Shown in pieces: positions 1 through 13,102 of a stretch of 64,000 nt of DNA (positions are counted from its first letter, which is position 1; every line of letters begins with the position of its first letter). Below the pieces are notes generated by a model. It did no database searches. It saw only the letters and a program-made list of their open reading frames with translations, and was not told the origin of the DNA. The position numbers were made by a program, and so were the translations under genes. Source of the stretch: Octopus vulgaris (lineage: Eukaryota); the NCBI GenBank assembly GCA_951406725.2, contig OX597835.1, forward strand, positions 37,200,001 through 37,264,000. The letters run 5' to 3'.

Positions 1-700
1 TATGTGTGTGTGTGTGTGTGTATATATATATACACACACACATACTAAATGTGACTAGGGTGTTACAAATACCCTAGTGGCAATTATAGTTTTCCTTTTT
101 GGTGAAACATAGATGCCAATATTAATTTTCTCACTCTTTCTCTCTCTCTGTATATATATATATATATATGTGTGTGTAACTCGTGCTAGCACAGAAAACT
201 GACGTTAAACGATGATGGTGATGATACATATATATTTTATTGTATTTGTGTATTTGTGTAACATTGTCTGTTTTTTTCCATCCTTGTTTTGTATACATTC
301 ATTGCTTTCTTCCAAGGAATCTAAAGCTCTTAGCTTAGTTTTTCCTTGGGGATGGCCCAATTGGAGCAATCTCAAGAATAATCAGCCAAAATTACGAGGA
401 TAATCTGGTGCTTGACTGAGGAAAGAAAACTTCGAATGACCCTTCCTTGTTTTCTTCATATCGTCTATCTGGATGTTTTGTTGTCCCTTTTTTATATCAC
501 CTAGCTGTCTGGATGTTTTGCATTCTTGCTCCATTTTGTATTCTATATATATATATATATATATTTATATAAATACCTATAATAATAAACTTGAAATTCT
601 GTCTGTTCATCCAGGACCCCAGTATCTCAGTCGACATTTGCTCCACATAGACATATTATACCTTTTCGGAATCAGTATGATCCCAGGATCGAAAATCTGC

Positions 701-754
701 CCTTAAACATCCAGCATTGGGATCAGGCCTTAAACATCCAGCATTGGGATCAGG
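701..754. repeat. 27-bp tandem duplication
   Basis: ccttaaacatccagcattgggatcagg occurs twice in direct tandem. Confidence 0.9.
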
Positions 755-1040
755 CCTGGATGAGGATTTGTTATATGCTAACAGTTGAAAATTCAAAGTT
801 TTAAAGAACTCCAAAAATTTGTGAACTTACAAGATTTTCATTTAAACTGAATTTAAAGTAGTACCATATTGGTAGGGTACCAATAAATGCTTTATTATTG
901 CTCTCTATTTAGTTTTGGGCTGCAGGAACTAGCTTAAAAGTCCACACAGAGTGTAACTTTTCAGTTAGTATATATACATAATTCTAAGTTAGAAAAATAT
1001 GCACTCATATATTTGTCAATAGAGTAGGTGTGTTAATCAA

Positions 1041-1330
1041 AGTGTACGGTACAATATATCCATTACAACCAGTATTACCAATTGGTGTCGTACAGGGTAT
1101 TAAGCTAGATGTTAGATAACAGTATGGTTATGTAATACCGCATGCTCATCAGAGCTAGCATGTATTAAAAAAATACATGGTGTGCAGTTGCCACTTTTTT
1201 TTTCCATCTATGCCAGCTCTGATGAGCAAACAGTATTATGTAATTGTGCTGTTATCTAACATTTGGTTTAATATCCAGTATGAAACCAAATGATTATTTT
1301 GGTTGCATTGGATATACAATAGAGTACACT
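1041..1330. mobile_element. Diverged head-to-head inverted repeat (arms 1041-1161 and 1210-1330), each arm with a degenerate hammerhead-like motif; probable PLE pLTR remnant
   Basis: Arms align as reverse complements. CTGATGA at 1219-1225 (+) and 1146-1152 (-); GAAA at 1282; palindromic stem III aCCAATTGGt in the minus copy. Confidence 0.6.
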
Positions 1331-1353
1331 CAGATTACATACATATATACATA

Positions 1354-1392
<39 letters not shown>

Positions 1393-1651
1393 TCAATTTA
1401 ATATATATCGTCAATTTAATTTGTATTTTTCTAATGTATAGTATTTAGTATAGAAATTTTTTGCATAATATTAATAATAAAGTCGTTTTAATGTGTATTT
1501 TTTTTTAACGTATAGTATTTAGTATAGAAATTTTTAGTAAAATGTTAATAATAATATATTTTAATTAAAATAATATCTTTCAGTATTAATTGAATTACTT
1601 CATGGAGGTTCTATCTCTTAATTCTATGTATATATATATATATAAATGTAT

Positions 1652-1968
1652 GTGGAGGCACAAAGGCCCAGTGGTTAGGGAAGCAGACTCGCAGTTGTAG
1701 GATCGCGGTTTCGATTCCCAGACCGGGCATTGTGAGTGTTTATTGAGCGAAAACACCTAAAGCTCCACGGGGTTCCGGCAGGGGGTGGTGGCGATCCCTG
1801 CTGTACTCTTTCACCACAAATTTCTCTCACTCTTTCTTCTGTTGGCCTGTCGCTTAGCCAGTGGGGTGGTGTCATTTGAAGGCTAAAAAAACAATGCAAA
1901 GCGCATTGTGACCAGCGATGTGTAGCAATATATGATAGCCTGGTTGGTCATGGTGATCATGGTGATAT
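1652..1968 (+). mobile_element. tRNA-derived SINE (family D)
   Basis: tRNA-like head ggcccagtggttagg...ggtttcgattccc (A/B box-like); same head at 7.6-7.9, 23.9-24.2 and 28.4-28.8 kb. Confidence 0.85.
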
Positions 1969-1999
1969 AAATATATACACACACAATCTTTGGAGGCTG

Positions 2000-2360
2000 G
2001 GCCTCACTGAGGAAATGACAAAGGACCGGGAGTCGTGACTTGCTGTACTTGAGGAAACATGTCAAGCTAAGTAAAGTCGCTGTCATCCATATGTACAGTC
2101 TTGGTCTTTGCGGATGCTGGTGTCACATAAAATGCACTTGCGCAGTGCTGTGTAAATGCACCCATGTCAATGACACGTAAAAAAGCACCCAGCACACTCT
2201 GTTAAATAGTTGATGTTAGGAAGGGCATCCAGCGATAGAAACCATATTACAACAGAGTCCATATCACAACTGGAGTTTGGGCAGATCCCCAGCTGGCCAG
2301 CTTCATGTCAAACCATCCAACCCATGGACAGACGTTAAATGATGATGAAGATGATGATAG
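2000..2360 (+). mobile_element. Retroposon 3' end (family C) with (GAT)n tail
   Basis: ttaggaagggcatccagc...ccaacccatg...gacgttaaatgatgatga; recurs at 26.0, 33.9, 53.5 and 55.2 kb. Confidence 0.75.
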
Positions 2361-2369
2361 TATATTCTT

Positions 2370-2609
2370 TATTCTTTTACTTGTTTCAGTCATTTGACTG
2401 CGGCCATGCTGGAGAACCGCCTTTAGTCGAGCAAATGGACCCCAGGACCTAATCTTTGTAAGCCTAGTACTTATTCTATTGGTCTCTTTTGCCGAACCAC
2501 TAAGTTACGGGACGTAAACACACCAGCATCGGTTGTCAAGCAATGCTAGGAGGACAAACACAGACACTAAAACCTACACACACACACACATATATATTTA
2601 TATATATAT

Positions 2610-2664
<55 letters not shown>

Positions 2665-2831
2665 TACGACGGGCTTCTTTCAGTTTCCGTCTACCAAATC
2701 CACTCACAAGGCTTTGGTCGGCCTGAGGCTATAGTAGAAGACACTTGCCCAAGGTGCCGCACAGTAGAGCTGAACCTAGAACCATGTGGCTGGTAAGCAA
2801 GCTACTTACCACACAGCCACTCCTGCGCCTA
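2370..2831 (-). mobile_element. tRNA-derived SINE (family A) with internal (TA/CA)n
   Basis: Head taggcgcaggagtggctgtgtggtaag on minus strand, tail cagtcaaatgactgaaacaagtaaaag; more than a dozen full or partial copies in the window. Confidence 0.9.
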
Positions 2832-3099
2832 TGTATATAGATAGACAGATAGATGGATATGTATGTGTGTTTGTTAGGACTCTTGTCTAGATATTATGTA
2901 ATGGCTGTGAAGAAGCATCATCAACCTACAAGCAATGTTGTCTGCTTCCAGTCTGCCCTGAAAGACATGTCTGGACATGGGGTAATATTTACATTGCCTG
3001 TAAGCAGGTGAGTGTTGGGAACAGGAAAAGCATCCGGTCACAGAACATCTGCTTCAATGAATTATTTTTGACCAATACAAGCATGGAATAGCGAATGTT

Positions 3100-3425
3100 G
3101 TCGACTTTGCCTTTCATCCTTTCTCAGTCAATAAATTAAGTACTAGTTATGCACTGGGGTCGATGTAATCAACTTAATCCGTGTGTCTGTCCTTGTTTGT
3201 CCTCCGTGTGTTTAGCCCCTTGTGGGTAGTAAAGAAATAGGTATTTTGTCTGCAGCTATGTTCTGAGTTCAAATTCTGCCAAGGTCGACTTTGCCTTTCA
3301 TCCTCTCGGGGTCGATTAAATAAGTACCAGTTATGCACTGGGGTCGATATAATCGACTTAATCCGTTTGTCTGTCCTTGTTTGTCCCCTCTGTGTTTAGC
3401 CCCTTGTGGGTAGTAAAGAAATAGG
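3100..3425 (+). mobile_element. SINE family B, partial tandem dimer
   Basis: gtcgactttgcctttcatcct...agtaccag...aaagaaatagg repeated twice; core resembles the MetaSINE-type conserved domain (recalled, not searched). Confidence 0.85.
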
Positions 3426-4097
3426 AAAAGCGAATGTTAGATGATGATGATGATGATGATGGGGAGGAGTTGGTTATAATGATGATGATGACAGTGATGA
3501 GGATGAAGACAACAATGATGATGATGAGGATGATGATTTTGATGATATTGATGATGATGATTACTCTTAACCTGACCTACTGAACGAGGCAGAGATGAAT
3601 AAACAGCAGTCTTTACATGTCACCATAAAATAAGATGGAAGTAATTATTGAAAAAATTTTTGTTAAAAATTCATAAACAATTCTAATAAATTTTTAGATT
3701 TGCTGAAGATAAAACAGATGCATTAGGCTTCTAAGTGTTTTCTTTTAACTGATTAATATTATCATATGTATAGTATGGAAGGTATTAAAATTTAAAATTT
3801 AATAATATACAAAAACTTTATAATGAACCAGCATATATACATAAGAACTCATTCTTATACACGAATGTGTATAGATATACATGTGCACATGTATATCTAT
3901 ACACGTTTTAAGGTGGTGCTCCAGCATGGCTGCAGTCAAATGACAGAAACAAGTAAAAGAATAAAAGAATATATATTTATATATATATGTGTGTGTAAGC
4001 ATAAATATACATGTGCACATATACTTTCATGCATGCATATATGCGTAGATACATACAAATATCTCTTTCTATATATGTGTGTGTGTGTGTGTGTGCA

Positions 4098-4256
4098 GGT
4101 ATAGTTGTGTGGCTAAGAGTTTGCTTCCTAAGCATATGGTTCTGGGTTCAGTCCCACTGCGTGGTACCTTGGGCAAGTGTCTTCCGCTACAGCCTCAGGC
4201 TGACCAAAGCCTTGTGAGTGGATTTGGTAGACGGAAACCGAAAGAAGCTCATCATC

Positions 4257-4310
<54 letters not shown>

Positions 4311-4490
4311 TGTGTGTGTATATTTATGTTTGTGTATTTGTGTCTGTTTGTCCCCACCACAATTGCTTGACAATTGAGGTTGCTATGTTTAGATCCCCAT
4401 AACTTAGCAGTTTGGCAAAAGAAATTGATAGAATAAGAACTAGGCTTATAAAGAAAAAAGTCCTGGGGTCAATGTCTTTTATTAAAAAAA
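4098..4490 (+). mobile_element. SINE family A
   Basis: Matches 2370-2831 in reverse orientation. Confidence 0.85.
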
Positions 4491-4989
4491 CCTTTTATAC
4501 CAGAATGCATCTGAGAAGACATTAACAGCTCAAGGTGCTGCACAGTAGAACCGAACATGGGATTGCTAGGCTGTAAAATGAGCTTCTTAACCCCCCCCCC
4601 CAACCACAAATCCAAACCTATATGAATATTCTTACATAATACCAGCCTTCCATACATTCCCCATTATTCTCTGCTGCCATCAACGACCACCACCTCTGCT
4701 TTATCATCCTCTTAATGTCATGCTTGATAACAATCTGCAAGTGTAATGTGCATTATTTAATATGCAGTACACACCATCAATAATAATGCACTGCATCATT
4801 GGCCGCAACTCTTTGCAGCTATATTGCAGTGAGAATCACTTAATGGGCAAAGTGCAGCTGTCAGTTTTACTGCACATAGCTGCAGAATAAAACTGTGCAA
4901 TTGGATGGATGTATGAGAGTTCCACAATAGGCAGGTTTGTAGGTTTGATGCATGCGTGTATATGCATATGCCAGTGTGTATGTGTATTA

Positions 4990-5008
4990 ATACATACATA
5001 TATATATG

Positions 5009-5076
<68 letters not shown>

Positions 5077-5131
5077 CTCTATATATGTACATATATATAT
5101 ATATAAATGCACACACACGTGTATATGTATG

Positions 5132-5172
<41 letters not shown>

Positions 5173-5207
5173 TTATAAGCACACCCACCCACACATGTAT
5201 GTACGTA

Positions 5208-5249
<42 letters not shown>

Positions 5250-5340
5250 TGTATGTAAATATGTATATATGTATATATATATATATATATATACGTATGC
5301 ATGTATATATGTATCTATGTATATTGATGTATATCTATCT
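4990..5340. repeat. Compound (TA)n/(TG)n microsatellite
   Basis: Direct reading. Confidence 0.95.
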
Positions 5341-6371
5341 ATCTATTTATATTTTATACACACACACACTCACACATAATCATCAATATTATCATCATTG
5401 TCTTCAAACATCTGCCTTCCCTGCCGGTTCTTCACAGACTGGCAAGCTGGATGGCTGTGTGGAGTTTCTTTTGCCATGGTTTCTGTGGCTAAATTGCCCT
5501 TTCTAATGCAAAACACTTTACAGAGTGTACTGGGTTCTTCTTGTCATGGCACCATCAAAAAATTAAGTCACTTTGTAACATTGACTGAATGGGAATACAA
5601 CAGAGGGAAATGTAGCTCTGTGCTGGGACTTGAGAGATTAAAAAATATGATAGAGCAACAGGGACAAGTTGCAATACAAGAGATATATGGGTGCTATGTA
5701 TTATATAGGGGCAGGAGGGAGTAACTGGGGATTGAGCTGGAAAGGGAGATAAAAATGGTATTGACAGCATTTGGGGATGTACTTTCAAGGTACAAGAAGG
5801 GGGACGGAAGAGAGAATGGAGACAGAGGATTGGGTGGAACAAATTGGTAAAGTTTGCAAAAGTGTGGGAGGAGAGTGGGAGATGGTTAGGTACTGGATTA
5901 GGAGTGAATGTAGTGAATGGTGTGTGTATGTGTGTGGGGGGTGCGAGGTGGCTTGGTTCATGGGATCTTTTCGGTTTGAATGGCAGGTTTTTAACATAAT
6001 TTCTAGGTAACTAAAACATTTTAAATTCGTATACTGGTAGAATGTGTTTATAAAGCATCTTTTTCTCTTGGCTTTATTGAGAAAATTCTATTGCTTGTAA
6101 GATATTTGTTGTTTTTTTTCTTCAATTTCTGCAATTTCAACTAATCACTGACCTCCATTGAGGTAAAAAAACATTCTGTGCCGTATGAAAATGTTGCTCG
6201 TTTAAGAAACAGATTGGGTTTATTTACATTTGTGAAAAAAAAAAAGATAACCTTCCCTCCATCCCTAACCCTAATCCTAACCCTAAAACAGATTGAAATA
6301 GCCTCGGGCCGACCAAAGCCTTGTAAGTAGATTTGGTAGACGGAAACTGAAAGAAGCCCGTCGTATATATG

Positions 6372-6402
<31 letters not shown>

Positions 6403-7164
6403 GTGTATGTTTGTGTGTTGTGTTTGCTCCCCTCCCTCAACATCACTTGACAACCGATGCTGGTGTGTCTACGTCCCCGTAACTTAGCAAAAAGAGACCG
6501 ATAGAATAAGTACTAGGCTTACAAAGAATAAGTCCTCGACTAAAGGCGGTGCTCCAGCATGGCCACAGTCAAATGACTGAAACAAGTAGAAAAGAAAAAT
6601 GTATTTCTCCCTTTCACATATTATTTGTAATAAAATGAAAGGAATCTATTTGATAGTATTACTCTCAAACAACAAAATATAGTAATGCCATATTTGTACC
6701 TTTAAAATGTCCAAAGCACCCTTTACACAAGGGCACTTTGCAAAATGAACATATATATGAAGTCTCAACCTGATATCCTTTCGCAGTTTTTCTTTTTTGC
6801 AGTGAATACAGTCAACAAACTTTTTACCTTCCATTCATTTTTGCAGTCAATATTTTCTCTGTTGACATCCACCTCAATTAATTTGGCTTTTCTCCTTGTT
6901 CTGTGCTTCCTGGAAGAAAAGCCCTCATGTAACTGAGATATGATGTCAACCTGAAATTTCAAATGGTCGTAGTCCTTTGGTGGTGGAGGTACCTGGTGGC
7001 TTTTTACATAAACAATATATGAATTACAGAAATGTACTTGCATAGCAAGTGATTTGATCTGAGATCGTGTGCTGAAACGAAAACACTTGCAGCGTGGAAG
7101 GTGTTTATAAGCCATTTAAGAAACACACAAAAGCCGTTCGATTCACTTCAACATTTAAGTTTAA

Positions 7165-7214
7165 TTTGTCAAAATATTTTCGTCGCTAAAATCCGCAACC
7201 TGTTCACTGACAAA
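7165..7214 (-). ncRNA. Minimal type I hammerhead ribozyme motif, G3:C8 variant, in a ~190-bp insert (7045-7235)
   Basis: tttgtca-GTGAACA-g-gttgc-ggatttta-gcgac-GAAA-atat-T-T-tgacaaa: 7-bp stem I, 5-bp stem II, palindromic stem III. Confidence 0.7.
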
Positions 7215-7578
7215 AATCCATGCTGCATCCGTGCATGAATTAACTATAGTTAAACATAATGTTGAGATATATGGATCATAATACCTTATATCGGGATTCC
7301 AGTAGTTCCACAGTTGAGGAAGCTGCTTGATCCCAAACATAATGTTTATCGAAAAAAAAACCTGGAACTTCCACAGTATCAGTTGGCTGCCATGGTGGAT
7401 TGGGTTTTCCATGAATAGAAATTATGCATTGGGTATATTTATTTGTTTCCACCATGACAGTTTCAAAAAACTTTTCGGTAAAATTTAAAATAAATAGTCC
7501 AATGGTTGAGCACATTGTGTGGTAGACTGTATTGTGGACTAGTCTTTTTCTGTGAAATTGGCAATTCTAGTTGATGTA

Positions 7579-7896
7579 AAAACAATAAATGTCACCCTTT
7601 TCAAGCCTAGCCAGGCTCATGGGCCCGGTTTCCCGGTTTCTGTGGTGTATGTGTTCCCCCTAGCTGGACAGGACGCCAGTCCATCGCACCGTTACTCAAG
7701 AAACAGGAAGGGAGAATGAGAGAAAGTTGTGGTGAAAGAGTACAACAGGGGTGGCCACCACCCCCTTGCCGGAGCCTCGTGGAGCTTTTAGGTATTTTCG
7801 CTCAATAAACACACACAATGTCCAGTCTGGGAATTGAAACCACGATTCTCCGACTGCGAGTCCGCTGCCCTAACCACTGGGCCATTGCGCCTCCAC
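7579..7896 (-). mobile_element. tRNA-derived SINE (family D head) inserted in piggyBac remnant
   Basis: tRNA-like head at the right end; TSD agttgatgta at 7569-7578 and 7899-7908. Confidence 0.85.
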
Positions 7897-8244
7897 CCAG
7901 TTGATGTAGTAATCTTCAACTATGTTACCATAATGTTTTCAACACCATTTCCATCATTTTCATTTTTATCACTTCCATTATCAAAATCATCCTTGTCTGA
8001 TGAAGAGTCAATATGATAATGTCAATATGATTCGTTTATATTTTGTACATCGTCAAGACCTTCAAAGTCGGAATCGCAACTTGCTGATGCCATCACTAAA
8101 AACTAAGATGTACTCTTCTCTTTGAATGTTGTAAAAATCAAGAAGTCTCAAACATTTCATGGTATTTTTACTTGGATAAAGACAGGAAAGGCTTTATTTC
8201 ACATTATCTCAAAACTACAAGAATTCAATAATGTGATTTACTCT

Positions 8245-8646
8245 TTACTTTCTTTTACTCTTTTACTTGTTTCAGTCATTTGACTGCGGCCATGCTGGAA
8301 CACCGCCTTTAGTCGAGCAAATCGACCCCAGGACCTATTTTTTGTAAGCCTAGTACTTATTTTATCGGTCTCTTTTGCCGAACTGCTACGTTACGGGGAT
8401 GTAAACACACCAGTATCGGTTGTCAAGTGATGTTGGGGGGACAAACACAGACACACAAACACACATATATATACATATATATGACAGGCTTCTTTCAGTT
8501 TCCGTCTACCAAATCTATTCATAAGGCTTTGGTCGGCCCGAGGCTATAGTAGAAGATACTTGCCCAAGGTGCCATGCAGTGGGACTGAACTCGGAACCAT
8601 GTGGTTGTTAAGCAAGCTACTTACCACACAGCCACTCCTGCGCCTA
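8245..8646 (-). mobile_element. SINE family A
   Basis: Full-length match to 2370-2831. Confidence 0.9.
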
Positions 8647-8857
8647 TTTGTTTATTTTTTTTAATGATTTCATAGAGAAATCAGATACAGTCAGATTTGG
8701 CTGGAACAAATAAAGGGGAATAATTTTCAACTGGTTATGACCAGTCTAAACACTGAAGGGTTAAATTTTCATCCACAAATGAAGTTTTAAATAATGAAAT
8801 CTAAAATATAAAACAGAATTTAGTTAGTAATAGGTATCCTAATGAATTAATATGATG

Positions 8858-9212
8858 CCGCCGTGGTGATCTCATTCTTGCTCACAACATCATAAGCGGA
8901 AAGTGTAACCTCTCGAAAGAGCTGTTCTTCACTCCTGCTCCAGAGCGTTGGCTGCGGGGTCACTCCGAAAAGCTCTATCTGCGATGATTTCATCTCAATC
9001 GAAGGAGAGGGGCTTTCTCTGTTTGGGTTGTGGATCTGTGGAATAAGCTGCCGGATGAGATAGTGAAGATGCCAATGACCGCTCGGTTCAAAGTCTCTCT
9101 TGACCAGAAATGGCTTGAACTCTTTGCATGAACACCTTCCCTGTACATAACTCCATGTCCCCCTACATGACCTTGCTTTTTGCTTTTTGAGCCAAAAAAT
9201 TAACTTAACTTA
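8858..9212 (+). mobile_element. CR1-group LINE 3' end
   Basis: Translates RRGDLILAHNIISGKC...LRGHSEKL...AFS...WNKLPD; second copy at 39730-40090 (-). Confidence 0.85.
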
Positions 9213-11464
9213 ATAGAATAAGAGACAAAGTGACAGAGATGGAGGAGATCAGAAGTATATAGGGGGGAAATATTGGTTTCAAATTGGAGGGGGTAGGTTG
9301 ATGACATCATCACCAGTGCTCAACTGGTATTTGTTTTATTGACTGTAAAAGGATAAAAGGTAGATTCGACCTTGGTGGAATTTGAACTCAGAATGTGAAG
9401 ATGGATGGAATGCTGCTAAGCATTTGGCCTGGCATGCTAACAATTCTGCCATAGGGATGAATGTCATGAGTACCAAACAAAATTGGGTTTGGGAGTTGAT
9501 GGCAACTACATGAGGGTGTTAAGAATAAGATATAGGTGTTAAAGGGATGTAGTTCCAGGGAGAAACAGAGATAATTAGTAGCAGAAAGCAAAGAACGAAG
9601 ATGAAATATGTGGTTCTGCTCTCATTTAATTACAGTAGCAGAATACTGCAGTAGTTAGAAGAGTGATGGAGGGAAGCATGATAGTGTGGGGGAAGGCCTG
9701 GCAGAGACAAATTGGCTGTGGGCTCAATTGTGTACACACCCATACCCCCCTATACACACACACATACATCAGTATATACAGTGGGCTTCTTTCAGTTCAC
9801 TCACAAAGCTTTGGTCAGCATGGAGCTATGGCAGAAGACACATAATGAAGATGTCACACAGCTGGACTGAACCTGTGGTCAGGAAGCTAACTTCTTACCA
9901 TACAGCTACACCTGCACCTATTGCTGCACCTGTGCAGTACACAAAATCTCTTCTTTTTTTCACATACCAAGGCCTAAATTCCCCATAGGAGGGGGTAGCC
10001 ATAACAAGACACACACCAGGCATTCCATTCATTTCCCAGGAGGTGAGCCCCATCCCATGCTTGGGTCGAGGCATAGAAAGCAACCCCCAATATCAGCAGT
10101 GGGGCCTGACAGCATATACTGGTTTACCCCCGCCACATCATGCTGGTTCCGTACCCCTTTGAGCAACATCAATTCGTCCACAAACACTCTCCAAACTTTC
10201 CTTTAATAAACTCCCTTGCCTCTCACGTTCCAACACCTCTAACCACCAAAGCTTTCTTCACTCCATCCATCCATCCATCCATCCACACAAACCAATATTG
10301 GACAGAAATCTCATGTTGATCACACTACATCATTATGGGTTGAAAGTGGTACTGAAGAAACAGCAATAACTCTTGAAATATCCATATACATTCATCACCT
10401 ATTTTTCTATCTTTGATCACGTTGTTTACAGAGATATATTCATATCCAAAACGCCATAACTTGCAATGCTGGCTCCAAATTCAATAGAAGATTTGTTGAG
10501 ATAAACTACATCGTTACATATAATTCCACAATGAATAAATAGATACATAAATGTGAATAATAATTATGGAAGGTTTACTAATAGCAATTACAAACCTAAA
10601 TTAGACATGCAGATAGATTGCATGTAAAATAACAGATCATGATATCATGAAATCTACTTGGATTTACTATTATTGAATTTTAAATCTATTTAATATCATA
10701 TAAGACTAAGGATTCCATCAGCTGTAGAATTATTCTCAAGGTTAGAATTTCTGCACTTACACAGCATTGCAAGAATTTAATTTATGAACATGAATTGTTA
10801 AAGTCTTGAAATGTTAGATTAATGGATTTAGGAACATTAATGTTTTAAACCAAATGTAGAGGGAAAATTAGAATGTTCTTGATAAAACTGGTGGCTACGT
10901 GGTTAAGAAGTTTGCTTTGCATCCATGTGGTTTTGGGTTCTGTCCTATTGCACAGCACATTGGGAAAGTGTTTTCTACTATATTTCCAGGTTGATCACTA
11001 CTTAGCAAGTGAATTTGATAGATGGAAACTGTGAGGAAGCCCATTATATATGTGTGTCAATTATGTATCATACATATATATATATATATATATATCAAGG
11101 CACCCAGTGGTTGGCATTAGGAAAGGCATCCAGCCATAGACACCAAGCTAAATCACACTGGAACCTGGTACAGCTCTCCAGCTTACCAATCCCAATGAAA
11201 TTGTCTAACCCATGCCAGCAATGGATACTAAATGATGATGATGATGATGATAAATAAATAAATATTTAAAGCAAAGCTAGAAATCCGGGATCTTGAATTA
11301 TTCAGTAATATTTTTTGCTAGTCTATTTTGCCCCCTCTGTCTTCTCTCATGGTGCAATACGAACATTTAACGTGGTTTTTAGAGTCAGGGATTTGACTGC
11401 TATTTCGGCATGGTGGTGTCTCTCAGACACCCTTATTTTTAGTTATATATATATATATAAAAAT

Positions 11465-11850
11465 TCTTTTATTTGTTTCAGTCATTTGACTGCGACCATG
11501 CTTCTGGAGAACAACCTTTAGTTGAACAAATTGACCCCAGGGCTTATTCTTTGTAAGCCTAGTGCTTATTCTATTGCTCCCTTTTGCTGAACTGCTAAGT
11601 AAACACACCAACATCAGTTGCGAAGTGATGGTGGAAGCGATAAACTCAGACACACAAACACACACACACACACATATATATATGTATGACAGGCTTCTTT
11701 CAGTTTCTATCTACCAAATCCACACAAGGCTTTGGTCAGCCTGAAGCTATAGTAGAATACACTTGCCCAAGGTCTCATGCGGTTAGACTTAACTCAGAAC
11801 CATGTGGTTGGTAAGCAAGCTTCTTACCACACAGCCAAGCCTGTGCCTTA
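11465..11850 (-). mobile_element. SINE family A
   Basis: Similarity to other copies. Confidence 0.85.
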
Positions 11851-12181
11851 AAGCACTAAATGTAAATATTATATGTGAGTGGATTTAGTTGATGGAAACT
11901 GAAAGAAGCCTGCTATACATATATATGTGTATGTGTGAGTGCTTGTATATGTACGTGCATGTGTATGTTTCTGTTTCCCCAAACATGTGCCTTCATTATG
12001 AAAATGATATTCTTTGTTTCCTATCTGCTGTGAAAACTTGTCTGGTCAAAGGGAAATATTATTACCTTACTTGGAAACAAATGAGGGTTGGTGATAGGAA
12101 GGGCATCCAGCCGTTTAAATTCCTCCTCCCTAAACTCTGTCTGACCCATGCAGACATAAATAAGTAAACATTTAAACAATG

Positions 12182-12508
12182 ACTAGCACTATGACCCAGC
12201 AACGCCGGGTCACAGTGCTAGTGCATGGATATACAGCTGCCTGCATGCGCACATACACGCGAGTACTATATCCAAATCTCCGCCCAATCACATACAGCTA
12301 GCTGGCATTCAATTGGCGTATCAAGTTTTGGGCATTTTGATTGGGTTTTGGATAGAAAATTCACAAAAAAGTCACTTCTGTTGATTTTTAATGGCATTGC
12401 GGGGTGACTGGGGAAATGTAAAGATGTGCACAACCACCCTTGGATGGTTTTGAATGACCATAGAAAGTGCGAGCCCTCTAACTGAAAAATTGTGGATTTG
12501 TATCGAGG

Positions 12509-12510
<2 letters not shown>
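12182..12510. mobile_element. Non-autonomous element starting with an ACTAG-bounded 19-bp hairpin (Helentron/HINE-like, tentative)
   Basis: actagcactatgacccagc-aac-gccgggtcacagtgctagt at 12182-12222. Confidence 0.4.
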
Positions 12511-12541
<31 letters not shown>

Positions 12542-12564
12542 GACATTTTGCTGTTATATATAGA

Positions 12565-12596
<32 letters not shown>

Positions 12597-12660
12597 CAAT
12601 TATGATGATCCACTCATACATGCGTACATACATACACACAGAGATTATGTCAGCATTAGC

Positions 12661-12760
12661 CTATAATGCTAATTGTAATCGTGTTAATTGGAATAATTGC
12701 CCTTCAGATGGAAATTGCCTAACAAACAATGTAGTTTATAAGTGTACTGTTAACAACATC
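12661..12760 (+). pseudogene. Short fragment of a Penelope-like GIY-YIG endonuclease
   Basis: NCNRVNWNNCPSDGNCLTNNVVYKCTV matches CSCRNKELCPLNGACMSKTIIYEATV of the 44.9 kb ORF. Confidence 0.75.
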
Positions 12761-13061
12761 TCCCACCACCAGTAAATCTTATGTCTGTCACTGCCTTTGA
12801 GCAAACTTATTTAAGTATTTGGGACATTTTTCTTCTATTAAATAATCACTAAAGTGCTCAGATTTGCTTTATTTCATTTTCTGCATTTGGTTGTGTGCTT
12901 TGATTTTTATGTTGTTTTGTTTCTTTATCCATTACGGTGATTTTTCTTTTTATATTATTGCAGTGTAAGAGTGTGTGCAGTTGTCATTTTGGATGTGAGA
13001 ATGTAATGCATGTAAATGAAATTTTGAAAAATTTGTGAAATGAAGCTCTTATCTCTGTTGT

Positions 13062-13102
13062 CTACCCGCCAGGTTTTGGAGGACAGCTCCTCTTCAGGCA
13101 AT
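13062..13102 (-). ncRNA. Degenerate hammerhead-like motif
   Basis: ttgc-CTGAAGA-ggag-ctgtc-ctcc-aAAA-cctgg; G12 and cleavage triplet appear mutated. Confidence 0.4.

Larger units (their letters stand above)
6600..8764 (-). mobile_element. Internally deleted piggyBac-family transposon remnant with nested insertions
   Basis: TTAA-CCC end at 8764. Fragmentary translations on minus: acidic N-terminus MASASCDSDFEG (~8090), FTEKFFETVMVETNKY..WQPTDTVE, INIMFGIKQLPQLWNYW, HLKFQVDIISQLHEGFSSRK and Cys-rich CIHCKKEK C-terminus; catalytic core missing. Confidence 0.75.

Noticed and set aside
410-452. ctgagga-aag-aaaa-ctt-cgaat hammerhead-like string
   Set aside because: No convincing stem I or stem III
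6263-6286. Telomeric repeat ccctaa
   Set aside because: Only about four degenerate units inside an interspersed repeat
10430-10545. Possible terminal exon after tttacag
   Set aside because: Short frame, no recognisable homology
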